From a virus: a stretch of DNA of 64,000 nt. The stretch covers positions 32,001-96,000 of the IMG/VR virus record IMGVR_UViG_3300032050_000037. One strand, 5' to 3'. The notes under the pieces are model-generated. The model saw only the letters and a list, made by a program, of their open reading frames with translations, ran no database searches and had not been told where the DNA came from. The stretch's first letter is position 1; each line of letters starts with the position of its first letter. Both the position numbers and the translations under genes were made by a program. Below are positions 50,325 through 59,481 of this stretch, piece after piece.

Positions 50325-50513
50325 ATGAACTGGTTAAAGAAAAGAGCAATTGCTATTCTTAGTGAGAATTTTACATTTCTAGGATTTTTTGTAGCCTGGG
50401 TTGTTCTTGAGGGTAGTGCAAAAACAGTTGTTGGATATGTAACATTAGCCTCTGTAGCTATATGGTTTTTAACTATAGGCATTAGAGAAAGAGCCGAAAA
50501 AGAAGAAGAATAG
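50325..50513 (+). CDS. Small two-TM membrane protein
   Basis: Two hydrophobic segments; immediately follows the surface protein. Confidence 0.6.
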   Translation: MNWLKKRAIAILSENFTFLGFFVAWVVLEGSAKTVVGYVTLASVAIWFLTIGIRERAEKEEE

Positions 50514-50545
50514 CCTACTAAATTCATATTTGCTATAATAGACTT

Positions 50546-50743
50546 ATGAAAAAATTAAAGGTGTTTTTAGCTTCTAGCCTTTTAGTCCTGTCTATAAGCG
50601 GATGCGGATACGATGGACATTATCGTTATCCATGTCAGGACCCAGCAAATTGGGAAAAAGCAGAATGTAAACCACCTATCTGTACAGCTAACGGAGCATG
50701 TCCAGAAGATTTAGCAGATACTAAGGAAAATACAAATGGCTAG
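50546..50743 (+). CDS. Small lipoprotein
   Basis: MKK + hydrophobic stretch + ISGC lipobox; four further Cys. Confidence 0.7.
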   Translation: MKKLKVFLASSLLVLSISGCGYDGHYRYPCQDPANWEKAECKPPICTANGACPEDLADTKENTNG

Positions 50744-51146
50744 AGAAAGACTAACACCAGCAGAATTAGACGCAAGATTAAAATTTATTTTAGGAATTAC
50801 ATTAGGATCAATTCTTTTTATTACAGCAGTAGGCATTATGTATGCTTTAATATTTGTAACACAGCCAATTACTGGTCAATCTGAGAATGATAAAATGTTT
50901 TTCAATGTCCTAGGATCAGTAGCAACATTTATTACAGGAACATTAGCTGGACTTTTAATTGGCCAATCTGGTGCTAAAGATATTATGTCTGCACAATTAG
51001 CTAACAAAGAAATGGATGCAAAAAATACACAAGCAGATAAAAAATTAGAAGCAGAAATTGATGAAGCAAAAGCTCGTAGATTAGCAAAACCAGACGGAGC
51101 AATGCCAGAAGAACAACCTGTAGATACAAATTGGGATAAGGATTAA
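50736..51146 (+). CDS. Two-TM membrane protein, possible holin
   Basis: Two TM helices and a charged C-terminus; directly before the endolysin. Confidence 0.5.
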   Translation: MARERLTPAELDARLKFILGITLGSILFITAVGIMYALIFVTQPITGQSENDKMFFNVLGSVATFITGTLAGLLIGQSGAKDIMSAQLANKEMDAKNTQADKKLEAEIDEAKARRLAKPDGAMPEEQPVDTNWDKD

Positions 51147-51148
51147 TA

Positions 51149-51733
51149 ATGTCAGCACAAGGAACAGCAGAAAAATTTGTTGAAGTTGCTAAAGCTGAAA
51201 TTGGTACTGTAGAAGGACCAAAAGACAATGAAACAAAATATGGTGCATTTACTAAAGCTAATTTTCAACCATGGTGTGGATCATTTGTTATGTGGTGTGC
51301 AAATGAAGCAGGAGTAAAAGTTCCTAACACAGTTTATACTCCAGGCGGAGCAGCAGCATTTAAAAAAGCTGGTCAATGGATTGACGGAGACATTGCAGAT
51401 CCAGAGCCAGGAGATGTTGCATATTTTGATTTCCCATCAGACGGTGTAGATAGAATTTCTCATGTTGGAATAGTTATGACTGACAATGGAGATGGAACCG
51501 TTTGGTGTATTGAAGGAAATACTTCTGGAGACCCTAAAGGAAGTCAAAGAAATGGTGGAGAAGTTTGCAAAAAGCTTCGTGCATATAAGAAAAATAAAAA
51601 GAATATAATGGTTTCAATTGTTGGATTTGGAAGACCTAAATTTGGAGCAAGCCTTGTTAAAAAATCTGAACCTGTTGCAAAAACAACTAAAAAAGCAAAA
51701 ACATGTTCAGAGTGTGGTCAAGCAATTAAATAA
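51149..51733 (+). CDS. Endolysin, CHAP domain
   Basis: PWCGSFV, PGD, HVGIV, IEGNT. Confidence 0.85.
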   Translation: MSAQGTAEKFVEVAKAEIGTVEGPKDNETKYGAFTKANFQPWCGSFVMWCANEAGVKVPNTVYTPGGAAAFKKAGQWIDGDIADPEPGDVAYFDFPSDGVDRISHVGIVMTDNGDGTVWCIEGNTSGDPKGSQRNGGEVCKKLRAYKKNKKNIMVSIVGFGRPKFGASLVKKSEPVAKTTKKAKTCSECGQAIK

Positions 51734-51877
51734 ATGAATACCTATAGAGTAAAATTAGAGGTAGAGGTAGAAGTAGAAGCCTTTGATGAAAATGATGCTC
51801 TAGACTATGCAAATGATATATTTGGTGTAGACGATGAAATAACAAACGTTAAAGTAATTAGCGTTAAGGAGAAATAA
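51734..51877 (+). CDS. 47-aa acidic protein (not in track)
   Basis: MNTYRVKLEVEVEVEAFDENDALDY...; TAATG-coupled to next gene. Confidence 0.5.
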   Translation: MNTYRVKLEVEVEVEAFDENDALDYANDIFGVDDEITNVKVISVKEK

Positions 51878-52731
51878 TGGCAAAAGAAGGATACAAACCA
51901 ACCGCTGGCATGCAATCTGCAGCCCGTCGTGCAATTAAATTAAAAGAACAAGGTAAAGCTAAGGGAGCTGGAACAGCAGTAGGCTGGACTCGTGCAGGAC
52001 AACTTGCTAGAGGAGAAACCCTCAGCCTTTCAACAGTTAAGCGTATGTATTCTTTCTTTTCACGTCATGAAGTAGATAAAAAAGGTAAGGACTGGGATAA
52101 TGCAGAAAATCCATCTAATGGAAAGATTATGTGGTTAGCATGGGGCGGAGACGCAGGATTCTCTTGGTCACGTAAAATTGTAGAACGTGAAAAAAATATG
52201 AAAAAGTCTTTAACACATGATGATTTAGTAGAAGAAATTAAAGACATGCTTGATGACGCAATTAATCCAGCAGATACAGTAATTGAAATTCCAGATGATG
52301 AAGATATTGCAAAAGCCCTTCGTCCAGAAATTACAAAAGAACAATTAGGAATGGTAATTGAGCATTTAATGGAAGCAATTGAAGGAATGATCGAGGTTCC
52401 AGAAGAAGATTCTGAAGAGGAATCAGATTCAGCAGAAATGGAAACAGAAGATGCTGGCGAATCCAACCCAGCCCCAATTGGAGATCCAATGAAAAATGAA
52501 ATTAATTGGCCAGTTGCAAAATCTAAAGATTCTGAGGATTCTGAAGATTATGAATCAGATAATGAAGAAGAAGATAAATGGGACAATTTGCAAAAAGCAT
52601 GTTGGTCTGGATATAAACAAGTAGGAATGAAAGAAAAAAATGGTCGCATGGTCCCAAATTGCGTACCAGTAAATAGTGTTAAAAAATCATTATGGGATGG
52701 AAAATTTAATCCATCTTCGATAAAAAAATAA
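51877..52731 (+). CDS. Modular acidic protein, probable internal head protein
   Basis: N-domain RA.QLA.GE.LS..TVKRM.SFF.RH...WGGD; CWSGYKQVGMK...VPNCVP module; repeated K-S/A sites. Confidence 0.5.
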   Translation: MAKEGYKPTAGMQSAARRAIKLKEQGKAKGAGTAVGWTRAGQLARGETLSLSTVKRMYSFFSRHEVDKKGKDWDNAENPSNGKIMWLAWGGDAGFSWSRKIVEREKNMKKSLTHDDLVEEIKDMLDDAINPADTVIEIPDDEDIAKALRPEITKEQLGMVIEHLMEAIEGMIEVPEEDSEEESDSAEMETEDAGESNPAPIGDPMKNEINWPVAKSKDSEDSEDYESDNEEEDKWDNLQKACWSGYKQVGMKEKNGRMVPNCVPVNSVKKSLWDGKFNPSSIKK

Positions 52732-52743
52732 TATAAAAATCAG

Positions 52744-52786
52744 TTGACAAGGCTTTTAGTATCCCTGTATAATAGTATACAGGGAT
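52744..52786 (+). promoter_or_regulatory. SigA promoter TTGACA-18-TATAAT with an 11-bp inverted repeat over the -10
   Basis: ATCCCTGTATA-ATAG-TATACAGGGAT. Confidence 0.7.
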
Positions 52787-52809
52787 TAGCCCTTTATATT
52801 TAAGGAAAA

Positions 52810-53040
52810 ATGTTACATTTAAACGAACGTGGCGTAGATATATTTATAAATAAATATAAATCATTTACTAGTGAAGCATACTGGAACAATTATGATTTAA
52901 TTATTTGGAAAAAAAATAATAATGGATTTTTTAATATAAAAGGAATATTTAATAAAGCTTGGGGAATAGCAGATAAAGTATCTGTAAACAATAAAGGAAT
53001 GTGGGTTTTACCTAAACAATATGTCAAGTATTTTAAATGA
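52810..53040 (+). CDS. Hypothetical protein
   Basis: SD AAGGA; first gene of the whiB operon. Confidence 0.55.
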   Translation: MLHLNERGVDIFINKYKSFTSEAYWNNYDLIIWKKNNNGFFNIKGIFNKAWGIADKVSVNNKGMWVLPKQYVKYFK

Positions 53041-53332
53041 TCTTGGAGTAGATAAAGAAGATTTAGATTGGTGGCATCTTGCTATTTGTAGAGGCATGGA
53101 TACTAATCTTTTTTATGATAAATACGAAAATGATGAAAAAATTGCAAAAAATATTGACGAAGCCTGCTTAGCATGCCCAGTAATATCAATGTGTTATAAA
53201 TCTGGAATTCAAAATAATGAGTATGGAGTTTGGGGTGGAGTATATTTAAGTTCTGGCTCTATAGATAAAAATAAAAATTTACATAAAACAAATGAAGTTT
53301 GGAAAAGATTAAAAGTTAAAAATGTATATTGA
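53021..53332 (+). CDS. whiB: WhiB-family Fe-S transcription factor
   Basis: AIC...C..CPV...C...GVWGG. Confidence 0.88.
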   Translation: MSSILNDLGVDKEDLDWWHLAICRGMDTNLFYDKYENDEKIAKNIDEACLACPVISMCYKSGIQNNEYGVWGGVYLSSGSIDKNKNLHKTNEVWKRLKVKNVY

Positions 53333-53642
53333 TAAAAATAAAGATCATTTTAAATACGGAATAAATCAATGGACTGGTGAACCAAACAAACCAGTTTTTT
53401 ATACACCAGAAATGGCAAAAGCTTTAAGAGGAATAACTAAACCAGTAAACAACTTACAAATGGATGTTGTTAAATATCCAGAGTTTTTAGCATTAAGATT
53501 ATATGAGGATAACTTTATACAATTTACAGGTACTAAAAAAGAAATGGTCATTGACTATGTAGCAAAAGTAAAAAAATTGCTAGAGTCGTATGGCGTAAGA
53601 TGTGAGCTGGAAGGAGTTCCAAGTGAAAGAATATTACGATAG
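53322..53642 (+). CDS. Hypothetical protein
   Basis: Overlapping operon ORF. Confidence 0.55.
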   Translation: MYIDKNKDHFKYGINQWTGEPNKPVFYTPEMAKALRGITKPVNNLQMDVVKYPEFLALRLYEDNFIQFTGTKKEMVIDYVAKVKKLLESYGVRCELEGVPSERILR

Positions 53643-53826
53643 AGTTTTAATTGTATTTATTCATGAACTGGGACTATATGGATCAACAGAAAGATTGGGA
53701 GCATTTGCATCTCCAATTAAGTATACACAAGATGGAGTGGAGCATGAAGAATTGATAGACAATTCAGAATTTTCAATTATGGATGAAATTGTTTTTAGTC
53801 ATGTAGAGGAAGATAATAATGGATAA
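53602..53826 (+). CDS. Hypothetical protein
   Basis: Overlapping operon ORF; start uncertain. Confidence 0.5.
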   Translation: MSWKEFQVKEYYDRVLIVFIHELGLYGSTERLGAFASPIKYTQDGVEHEELIDNSEFSIMDEIVFSHVEEDNNG

Positions 53827-54055
53827 AGTTCTTTGCTATTCTTGCAATAAATCAAAAAATAAATTAAATGTAAAAAAATCAACATTGCTTCCAATAAATT
53901 TATTAATGTGTGAAGGATGTATCAATGAAAAATTTGAACCAAGATGGCTTATTATAATTGCTGGAAGACAATCTGGTGCAGATTTGGTTAGAGATTTTAT
54001 ATTAAAGAAAAAATATATTGGAAATGAAATATCTGCTTCTGAATTATTAATTTAA
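53819..54055 (+). CDS. Zn-finger hypothetical protein
   Basis: CYSC...CEGC...EPRW. Confidence 0.55.
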   Translation: MDKVLCYSCNKSKNKLNVKKSTLLPINLLMCEGCINEKFEPRWLIIIAGRQSGADLVRDFILKKKYIGNEISASELLI

Positions 54056-54084
54056 TAAAGATATTACGGTATAATTAATGTATA

Positions 54085-54402
54085 ATGAACCTAGACCTGA
54101 ACGCTATAATTATTGCAATCGCTGCTGCGATATTGTCTGGCATGGGGACGGCAATTATTGCTGGACTGAACGAGAATAAAAAAGAAAAAAACAGACAAAG
54201 AGAACGAGAACAAGATCAATTAAAATTAGAGGTCAAAGACCTTAAAATTGAATTATATCAATTAGAAAAAGAATTAACTGACTGGAAAGATAAATATTAC
54301 GATGCCCTTCAAGAATTAATTTTAATTAAATCTGAACTAGAAAATGTGCTTAGGAATATATCTGATGGGGAAAATATACATAATTTCGACACAGAATTTT
54401 AA
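54085..54402 (+). CDS. Membrane-anchored coiled-coil protein
   Basis: N-terminal TM helix followed by heptads. Confidence 0.6.
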   Translation: MNLDLNAIIIAIAAAILSGMGTAIIAGLNENKKEKNRQREREQDQLKLEVKDLKIELYQLEKELTDWKDKYYDALQELILIKSELENVLRNISDGENIHNFDTEF

Positions 54403-54420
54403 ATTTAGTATACTAGTATT

Positions 54421-54990
54421 ATGACAGCAGTGGTAGCCCTTATTCATGAAAACAAAGTCCTCTTAGGAGGAGACTCTGCTGCATCTGATGATAAAAGTGG
54501 ATTAATTTTTTCAAGAATAGATCCAAAAGTTTTTAAAGTAGGACAATTTGGAATTGCATTTGTTGATAGTTTTAGAATGGGACAGATACTTCAGTACAAT
54601 TGGGCTCCACCTAAATATACTCCCAATGCTGGTTTTAAAAATTTAGATAAATTTATGAGAACTAAGTTTGTAGAATCAGTTAAAGAAGCATTTAAAGAAC
54701 AGGGTTACGGAAATCAAACAGCAGGCTCTACAGAAGATGGTGACGAAGGCGGAGTATTTTTAATTGCCGTACAAGGCACTGGACGTATTTTTACTATGGA
54801 TACAGATTTTCATATAGGCGAAGCAGATTTACAGTATATGGCAGAAGGAGCTGGTCAAGAAATAGCCCTAGGGTCTTTGTTCTCTACAGCATCTATTAAA
54901 ACACCTCGTAAACGTGTCAGAATGGCGCTAGAAGCTGCTTCAAAGTTTAACATGTCAGTTAGACCACCCTTTACAATCATAGAGGTTTAG
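54421..54990 (+). CDS. Ntn-hydrolase, HslV/proteasome-beta-like protease
   Basis: N-terminal M-T nucleophile, GGDS, KVF, GAG...ALGSL. Confidence 0.7.
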   Translation: MTAVVALIHENKVLLGGDSAASDDKSGLIFSRIDPKVFKVGQFGIAFVDSFRMGQILQYNWAPPKYTPNAGFKNLDKFMRTKFVESVKEAFKEQGYGNQTAGSTEDGDEGGVFLIAVQGTGRIFTMDTDFHIGEADLQYMAEGAGQEIALGSLFSTASIKTPRKRVRMALEAASKFNMSVRPPFTIIEV

Positions 54991-55003
54991 AGTATAATTA
55001 ACT

Positions 55004-55213
55004 ATGGACATAAATAATCTTAAGCCAGAAAACTATGATAAGGCGATGGATTTAAGAGGAACACCAACTCACGTATGTCCATGCGGATGCTACATATGGA
55101 ATGTTAAAGCTATATTTTATGATTATGAAATTGTTCAATATTTTATAGACATGGAATGTGCAAACTGCGGAAGTTTAGCAACCGCCCCAACACCAGAGGA
55201 TAGACCAGAATGA
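55004..55213 (+). CDS. Zn-ribbon hypothetical protein
   Basis: CPCG...CANCGS.ATAPTP. Confidence 0.6.
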   Translation: MDINNLKPENYDKAMDLRGTPTHVCPCGCYIWNVKAIFYDYEIVQYFIDMECANCGSLATAPTPEDRPE

Positions 55214-55380
55214 GAAAGTCAGAAAGAATTAGACAAATAGAAATTCAATTAATTAAACTTGAATTTGAATTAGATTTATTAAACAATATGCTTGTAACTC
55301 TTTTAGAGGCAAATAACCTACCACAACCACAATTAGACGCTGGAAAATGGTATCAAAGAAGGCTAGACAAAAACTCTTGA
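55210..55380 (+). CDS. 56-aa hypothetical protein (not in track)
   Basis: MRKSERIRQIEIQL...LDAGKWY; ATGA overlap. Confidence 0.5.
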   Translation: MRKSERIRQIEIQLIKLEFELDLLNNMLVTLLEANNLPQPQLDAGKWYQRRLDKNS

Positions 55381-55412
55381 CAATATCGTATATATTTTAG
55401 TAAAATATACGA

Positions 55413-56534
55413 ATGAATAAAAAACTAATAAGCGCAATATCAATACTATCAATACTATCTACTGTCTTTATTACTGTGGGCGCCAAGGCGGATCAACAGG
55501 CTCCCACTTTAGCTATTCTTGACACAGCAATAGACACATCTTTACCTATTTTTAAAGATAAGATTGTTCATGAAGTTTGTGTTTTAGAATGGAACTCTTG
55601 TCCAAATGGGCAAAAATTTATGGAGGGCACAGGATCTGCTACCCTTCCATTTAACATAATTTCTAAAAATGGTTTTGATCATGGAACTCAGATGGCATCT
55701 GTTGCTATTAGAACTAATCCAAATATTAAAATTGTATTTATTAGAATTATTGGAAATACCTCTTCTGGACTAAGACAATCTACTGGTGAAACTGGAGTTT
55801 CATTAGCATTGAAATGGGTATCAGAAAATCAATCAAGATTTAATATACAGGCTGTTGCTATGTCTCAGGCAAACCATAATATACTTACAACATTAACAGA
55901 CTATTGTCCAGCAACACCAATGTTGCGTGGCACAATATCTACTCTTGTTGCTAAAGAAGTTCCTGTATTTTTTGCAGCAGGAAACATGAGAGATCTTTCT
56001 AGACTATCGTGGCCAGCATGTATAAACGAATCTATTTCTATTGGAATGGCAGATCAATATGAACAAATTGATAATTATTCTAATTTTGATAAAGATAGAT
56101 TAGATTACTATGCTAATGGAAATATGCAAGTATTAATTCCAGGTGGAGAAATTAGAAATGCAGCAGGATCTTCTATTTCCACACAAGTTGTTGCTGCAAC
56201 ATGGATTTCTATAAAATCAGCAAAACCAGGAATTCCATATGCTGAAGTTATTAATACACTTAACCTAATGTCAAAACCTATTAAGGGTGCAAGAGGGCAA
56301 TATGGAAAATTAATTCCATCTTCTCAAATTGCAATTACTAAACAAACTCCAACAGCCACTCCGCCTGTTACAAAAACACCAGAGCAATTGGCTGCTGAAG
56401 CTAAGGCTAATTTAATACTAGAAGCAAATAAAGCAATAGCACAAGCAGAAGCACAATATCAGGCTGAAGTTAAAGCAGCATCAGATAAACTTGCTGCAAT
56501 TAAAGCAGAATGGGCTAAAAAAATAAATGGATAA
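55413..56534 (+). CDS. Secreted subtilisin-like (S8) peptidase
   Basis: Signal peptide; AILDT, HGTQMA, AAGN, GSS motifs; promoter TTGACA-18-TAAAAT at 55377-55406. Confidence 0.75.
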   Translation: MNKKLISAISILSILSTVFITVGAKADQQAPTLAILDTAIDTSLPIFKDKIVHEVCVLEWNSCPNGQKFMEGTGSATLPFNIISKNGFDHGTQMASVAIRTNPNIKIVFIRIIGNTSSGLRQSTGETGVSLALKWVSENQSRFNIQAVAMSQANHNILTTLTDYCPATPMLRGTISTLVAKEVPVFFAAGNMRDLSRLSWPACINESISIGMADQYEQIDNYSNFDKDRLDYYANGNMQVLIPGGEIRNAAGSSISTQVVAATWISIKSAKPGIPYAEVINTLNLMSKPIKGARGQYGKLIPSSQIAITKQTPTATPPVTKTPEQLAAEAKANLILEANKAIAQAEAQYQAEVKAASDKLAAIKAEWAKKING

Positions 56535-56733
56535 ATTAACTGTTCTTGAAGAAATAATAAAAGAAGTTTCAACAGAACTATATCAAAAGTGGTATAACTC
56601 AGTACCAGAATCTGATAAAAACGAAGAGGCATCTCAGGCTATGGCAAAAAATGCAGGAGAAACAACATTTTTTGTTATACAAACTTTTATGAATAAATTT
56701 AACTCTGCAGCGGAAGAGTTAAAAGATAAATAA
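56527..56733 (+). CDS. Hypothetical protein
   Basis: 68 aa helical ORF. Confidence 0.5.
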   Translation: MDKLTVLEEIIKEVSTELYQKWYNSVPESDKNEEASQAMAKNAGETTFFVIQTFMNKFNSAAEELKDK

Positions 56734-56738
56734 ACATC

Positions 56739-56779
56739 ATGGGCGGTCTATTGACCGCCCATTTATTATTTAGTAGAAT
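56739..56779 (+). promoter_or_regulatory. Hairpin overlapping -35 of a leaderless promoter (TTGACC-17-TAGAAT)
   Basis: ATGGGCGGTC-TATT-GACCGCCCAT; same design as the element before dnaE. Confidence 0.65.
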
Positions 56780-56786
56780 GGATACC

Positions 56787-57272
56787 ATGCAAACATTTTT
56801 ACCATATGCAGCAAAAAGAGACAGTCTTGATGCTTTAGACAATAAGCGTCTTAACAAACAAATACTAGAATCTTATCAGATACTAAATATATTAACTGGT
56901 ATGTCTAAATCTAATGCTTGGCGTAACCATCCTGCAGTACTTATGTGGAAAGGAGCCGAAGCTGAACTTTATAGGTATGCTATGACAGCAGTTTGTCTTG
57001 CAGATGCTCGTGGAATTAAAGTAGATAAAAATAAACAAAATATTCAAAAACTTTCAAGGTCTCGTAAATCTTTAATCTGGGGGGATGATACTCCTAAATG
57101 GGCTATAAATCCTACAACTATTAAGCTGGTTACAACTACACATCAAGCAAATCTATATAAAAAAGATCCTATATATTATGAAAAATTTGCAGATTCAGTC
57201 AACTCAAAGTATAATAAGCCTTGTTGTGAAGGGTGCCAATATTATTGGCCTACTCATAAGGAGAAGGTGTGA
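56787..57272 (+). CDS. Pyrimidine-dimer DNA glycosylase-like protein (MSMEG_6728-like)
   Basis: MQTFLPY, LD.KRL.KQ..E..QIL, W.NHPAV.MW.G, H..NL..KD, YYWP; start 56787 preferred over track 56739. Confidence 0.75.
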   Translation: MQTFLPYAAKRDSLDALDNKRLNKQILESYQILNILTGMSKSNAWRNHPAVLMWKGAEAELYRYAMTAVCLADARGIKVDKNKQNIQKLSRSRKSLIWGDDTPKWAINPTTIKLVTTTHQANLYKKDPIYYEKFADSVNSKYNKPCCEGCQYYWPTHKEKV

Positions 57273-57571
57273 TAGTAACTGATTCTAATTTTGAAGACAC
57301 AATTAATAGTCATAAAATAATTTTAATTGATTTTTGGGCAGAATGGTGTAGACCATGCAAAATGTTCAGTCCAATATTAGATGAAGTTTCTAATGATACT
57401 GGAATTTGGGTGGGTAAAATAAATGTTGATGAAAATAAAATAAAGTCGTCTGAATATGAAGTTATTAGTATTCCAACAACAATCTTATTTCAATACGGAA
57501 AACCTGTAAAAAAAATTATTGGAGCTAAACCAAAACATATTTTAATGGAAGAGATAAAAGAATGGCTATAG
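57269..57571 (+). CDS. trxA: Thioredoxin
   Basis: DFWAEWCRPC, SIPT, GAKPK. Confidence 0.9.
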   Translation: MIVTDSNFEDTINSHKIILIDFWAEWCRPCKMFSPILDEVSNDTGIWVGKINVDENKIKSSEYEVISIPTTILFQYGKPVKKIIGAKPKHILMEEIKEWL

Positions 57572-57738
57572 ATTTTCTAGATGTTCAATCATGGTATGAA
57601 TATGGTCGTGAAAAAAACTGGGTAACAGAAGTATTTTGTAATACGCATGAGGGGCCACCTTTATCTGATGAAGAAATGGAAGAATGGGAAGATGGCGGAG
57701 ACCCTTGTAGTTTTCATATTAAATTCACAGAAGAATAA
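57562..57738 (+). CDS. 58-aa acidic protein (not in track)
   Basis: W...G....W...FCNTHEG.P....E..EWE.GGDPC. Confidence 0.5.
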   Translation: MAIDFLDVQSWYEYGREKNWVTEVFCNTHEGPPLSDEEMEEWEDGGDPCSFHIKFTEE

Positions 57739-57839
57739 ACACAACAAAAATATTGGTTAAGCGTCTATATATATGAGCGTATGCTCAAAATAGAATTCCA
57801 TTTTGATAAAAAAATGGATATAAAGGAGAAAAATAAATA

Positions 57840-58853
57840 ATGAAGTCATTAAAAAAGATTGCCGTTGCTTCGGCTGCAGCCCTAGCACTATTAGGCATTC
57901 AATCAATTAATGCATCAGCAGCACCTCTTGCGGTAACTGTTGCTGGTTCAGCAAATGCTACAACATCTACAGCGCCTGCGACTGCGAACGTTCCAGCCGA
58001 CAATACAGTAGATTCAGCAGATGCAATTGCTATTGCAGCAACTGCAGATACTGGTACAGTAGTAACATTTACTGCATCAAGTACAGTTAAGTTAGTAACA
58101 GCTTTGAGCGCTACAAATGCAGTAGTAAATGCTTCAGCAGGAACTGCAACATATTCTGCAACTTCAGCAGGATCAGCAATTACTGTTTATGCTTATACAA
58201 CATCAACAACAACAGGATCTGTAACCGTTGTTAATGGTTCATATTCAACAATTGTTTATGTAAAAGGAATTGCAGGAGCAGTTTCTAACGTAGGAGTATC
58301 CGTACCAACTGCAGTAGCAGTAGGAACTATCCCATCAATTACAGTAAACACAACAGACGTATTTGGAAATGCAGTTTCTGATACTGTGACAGCAACACTA
58401 ATTGGTGGAACTTGGGCAGATGGCTCAATTTCTAAGCAAATTGTAACATCTACTGCAGCTCAAGTTGCAGCAGATTCAACCCTAGTGCTAGGATCTAAAA
58501 AAGAAAACCTAGCAGTAGCAGTAGTTGGAACTGTTACAGTTGCAGTAACTGGTGCAACATCAGCAACAGCCGTAACTGGATTAAATGTTCCAGTAAAAGC
58601 AGTTGTGGCATCATTTACAGTAACTGATTTAAATGGAACAATTGCACAATTGCAAGCACAAATTAATTCTTTGTCCAAGCAATTATCAGATGCTAATTCA
58701 GTAATTGCTGCAAATAAAATTGCAGCAGATGCAGCAGCAGCAGCAAAAGTTATTGCTGACGCAGCAGTAATTAAGGAAAAAGCCGATTACAATAAGTTGG
58801 CTACAGCCTGGAACAAGGCATTTCCTAAAAAGAAGGTTGCTTTAAAGAAGTAA
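57840..58853 (+). CDS. Secreted Ala/Thr/Val-rich surface (S-layer-like) protein
   Basis: Signal peptide (ASA-A), beta-rich body, coiled coil, basic tail YNKLATAWNKAFPKKKVALKK; strong SD and terminator. Confidence 0.65.
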   Translation: MKSLKKIAVASAAALALLGIQSINASAAPLAVTVAGSANATTSTAPATANVPADNTVDSADAIAIAATADTGTVVTFTASSTVKLVTALSATNAVVNASAGTATYSATSAGSAITVYAYTTSTTTGSVTVVNGSYSTIVYVKGIAGAVSNVGVSVPTAVAVGTIPSITVNTTDVFGNAVSDTVTATLIGGTWADGSISKQIVTSTAAQVAADSTLVLGSKKENLAVAVVGTVTVAVTGATSATAVTGLNVPVKAVVASFTVTDLNGTIAQLQAQINSLSKQLSDANSVIAANKIAADAAAAAKVIADAAVIKEKADYNKLATAWNKAFPKKKVALKK

Positions 58854-58865
58854 ATTCTTTATATT

Positions 58866-58896
58866 AAAAGGGCAGGGGAAACCTTGCCCTTTTTTT
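58866..58896 (+). terminator. Intrinsic terminator
   Basis: AAAAGGGCAGG...CCTTGCCC followed by a T run. Confidence 0.85.
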
Positions 58897-59030
58897 ATAT
58901 AAATGATAGAATATATGTGTGGATTACATAGAGGATCAAATAAGGCAAAAAATATTGGATGAAATTAGATATTTAGAATTACCTTATGAATGGAAACCAC
59001 GAGAAGTAATAGATTATATAATTAGAAAAA

Positions 59031-59264
59031 TTGGCAGGGAATAAAATGGATAGCAAAAAAAGAAGTTTGTTTAAAGCTCTAACTTGGCCAGCAGTTCATA
59101 TATTGTTTGTTGGAACTATGGTTTATTTTTTTGAAAAATTACTTACTGGAGAAGCCCATTGGGAATATGCTGGTGCTTTTGCTTTAATTTATACATTGTG
59201 CGAAATATTTGGGTTCTTTTTACATGAAAGAGCATGGGCTAAATTTGGAAATAGGATTAAGTGA
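59031..59264 (+). CDS. DUF2061-like small membrane protein
   Basis: MDSKKRSLFKALTW...FFLHERAW; likely start 59046. Confidence 0.65.
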   Translation: MAGNKMDSKKRSLFKALTWPAVHILFVGTMVYFFEKLLTGEAHWEYAGAFALIYTLCEIFGFFLHERAWAKFGNRIK

Positions 59265-59481
59265 TTTCTAAAGAACAAATGGACTCTCCATACGTAGAGA
59301 GTTTATGCGAAAAAAAAGACTGTAATAATAAGGCAACTAGAATAATTAAAGATTTAAACCTATATTCATGGGTTTGTGAGTCATGTTATGGGAAATATAG
59401 ATCCTAATCCTATAAATGCTATAATTGAGTAATGGATGGACTTCTAGACCCATCTAAATACAAACCTATAGGAGAAATAAA

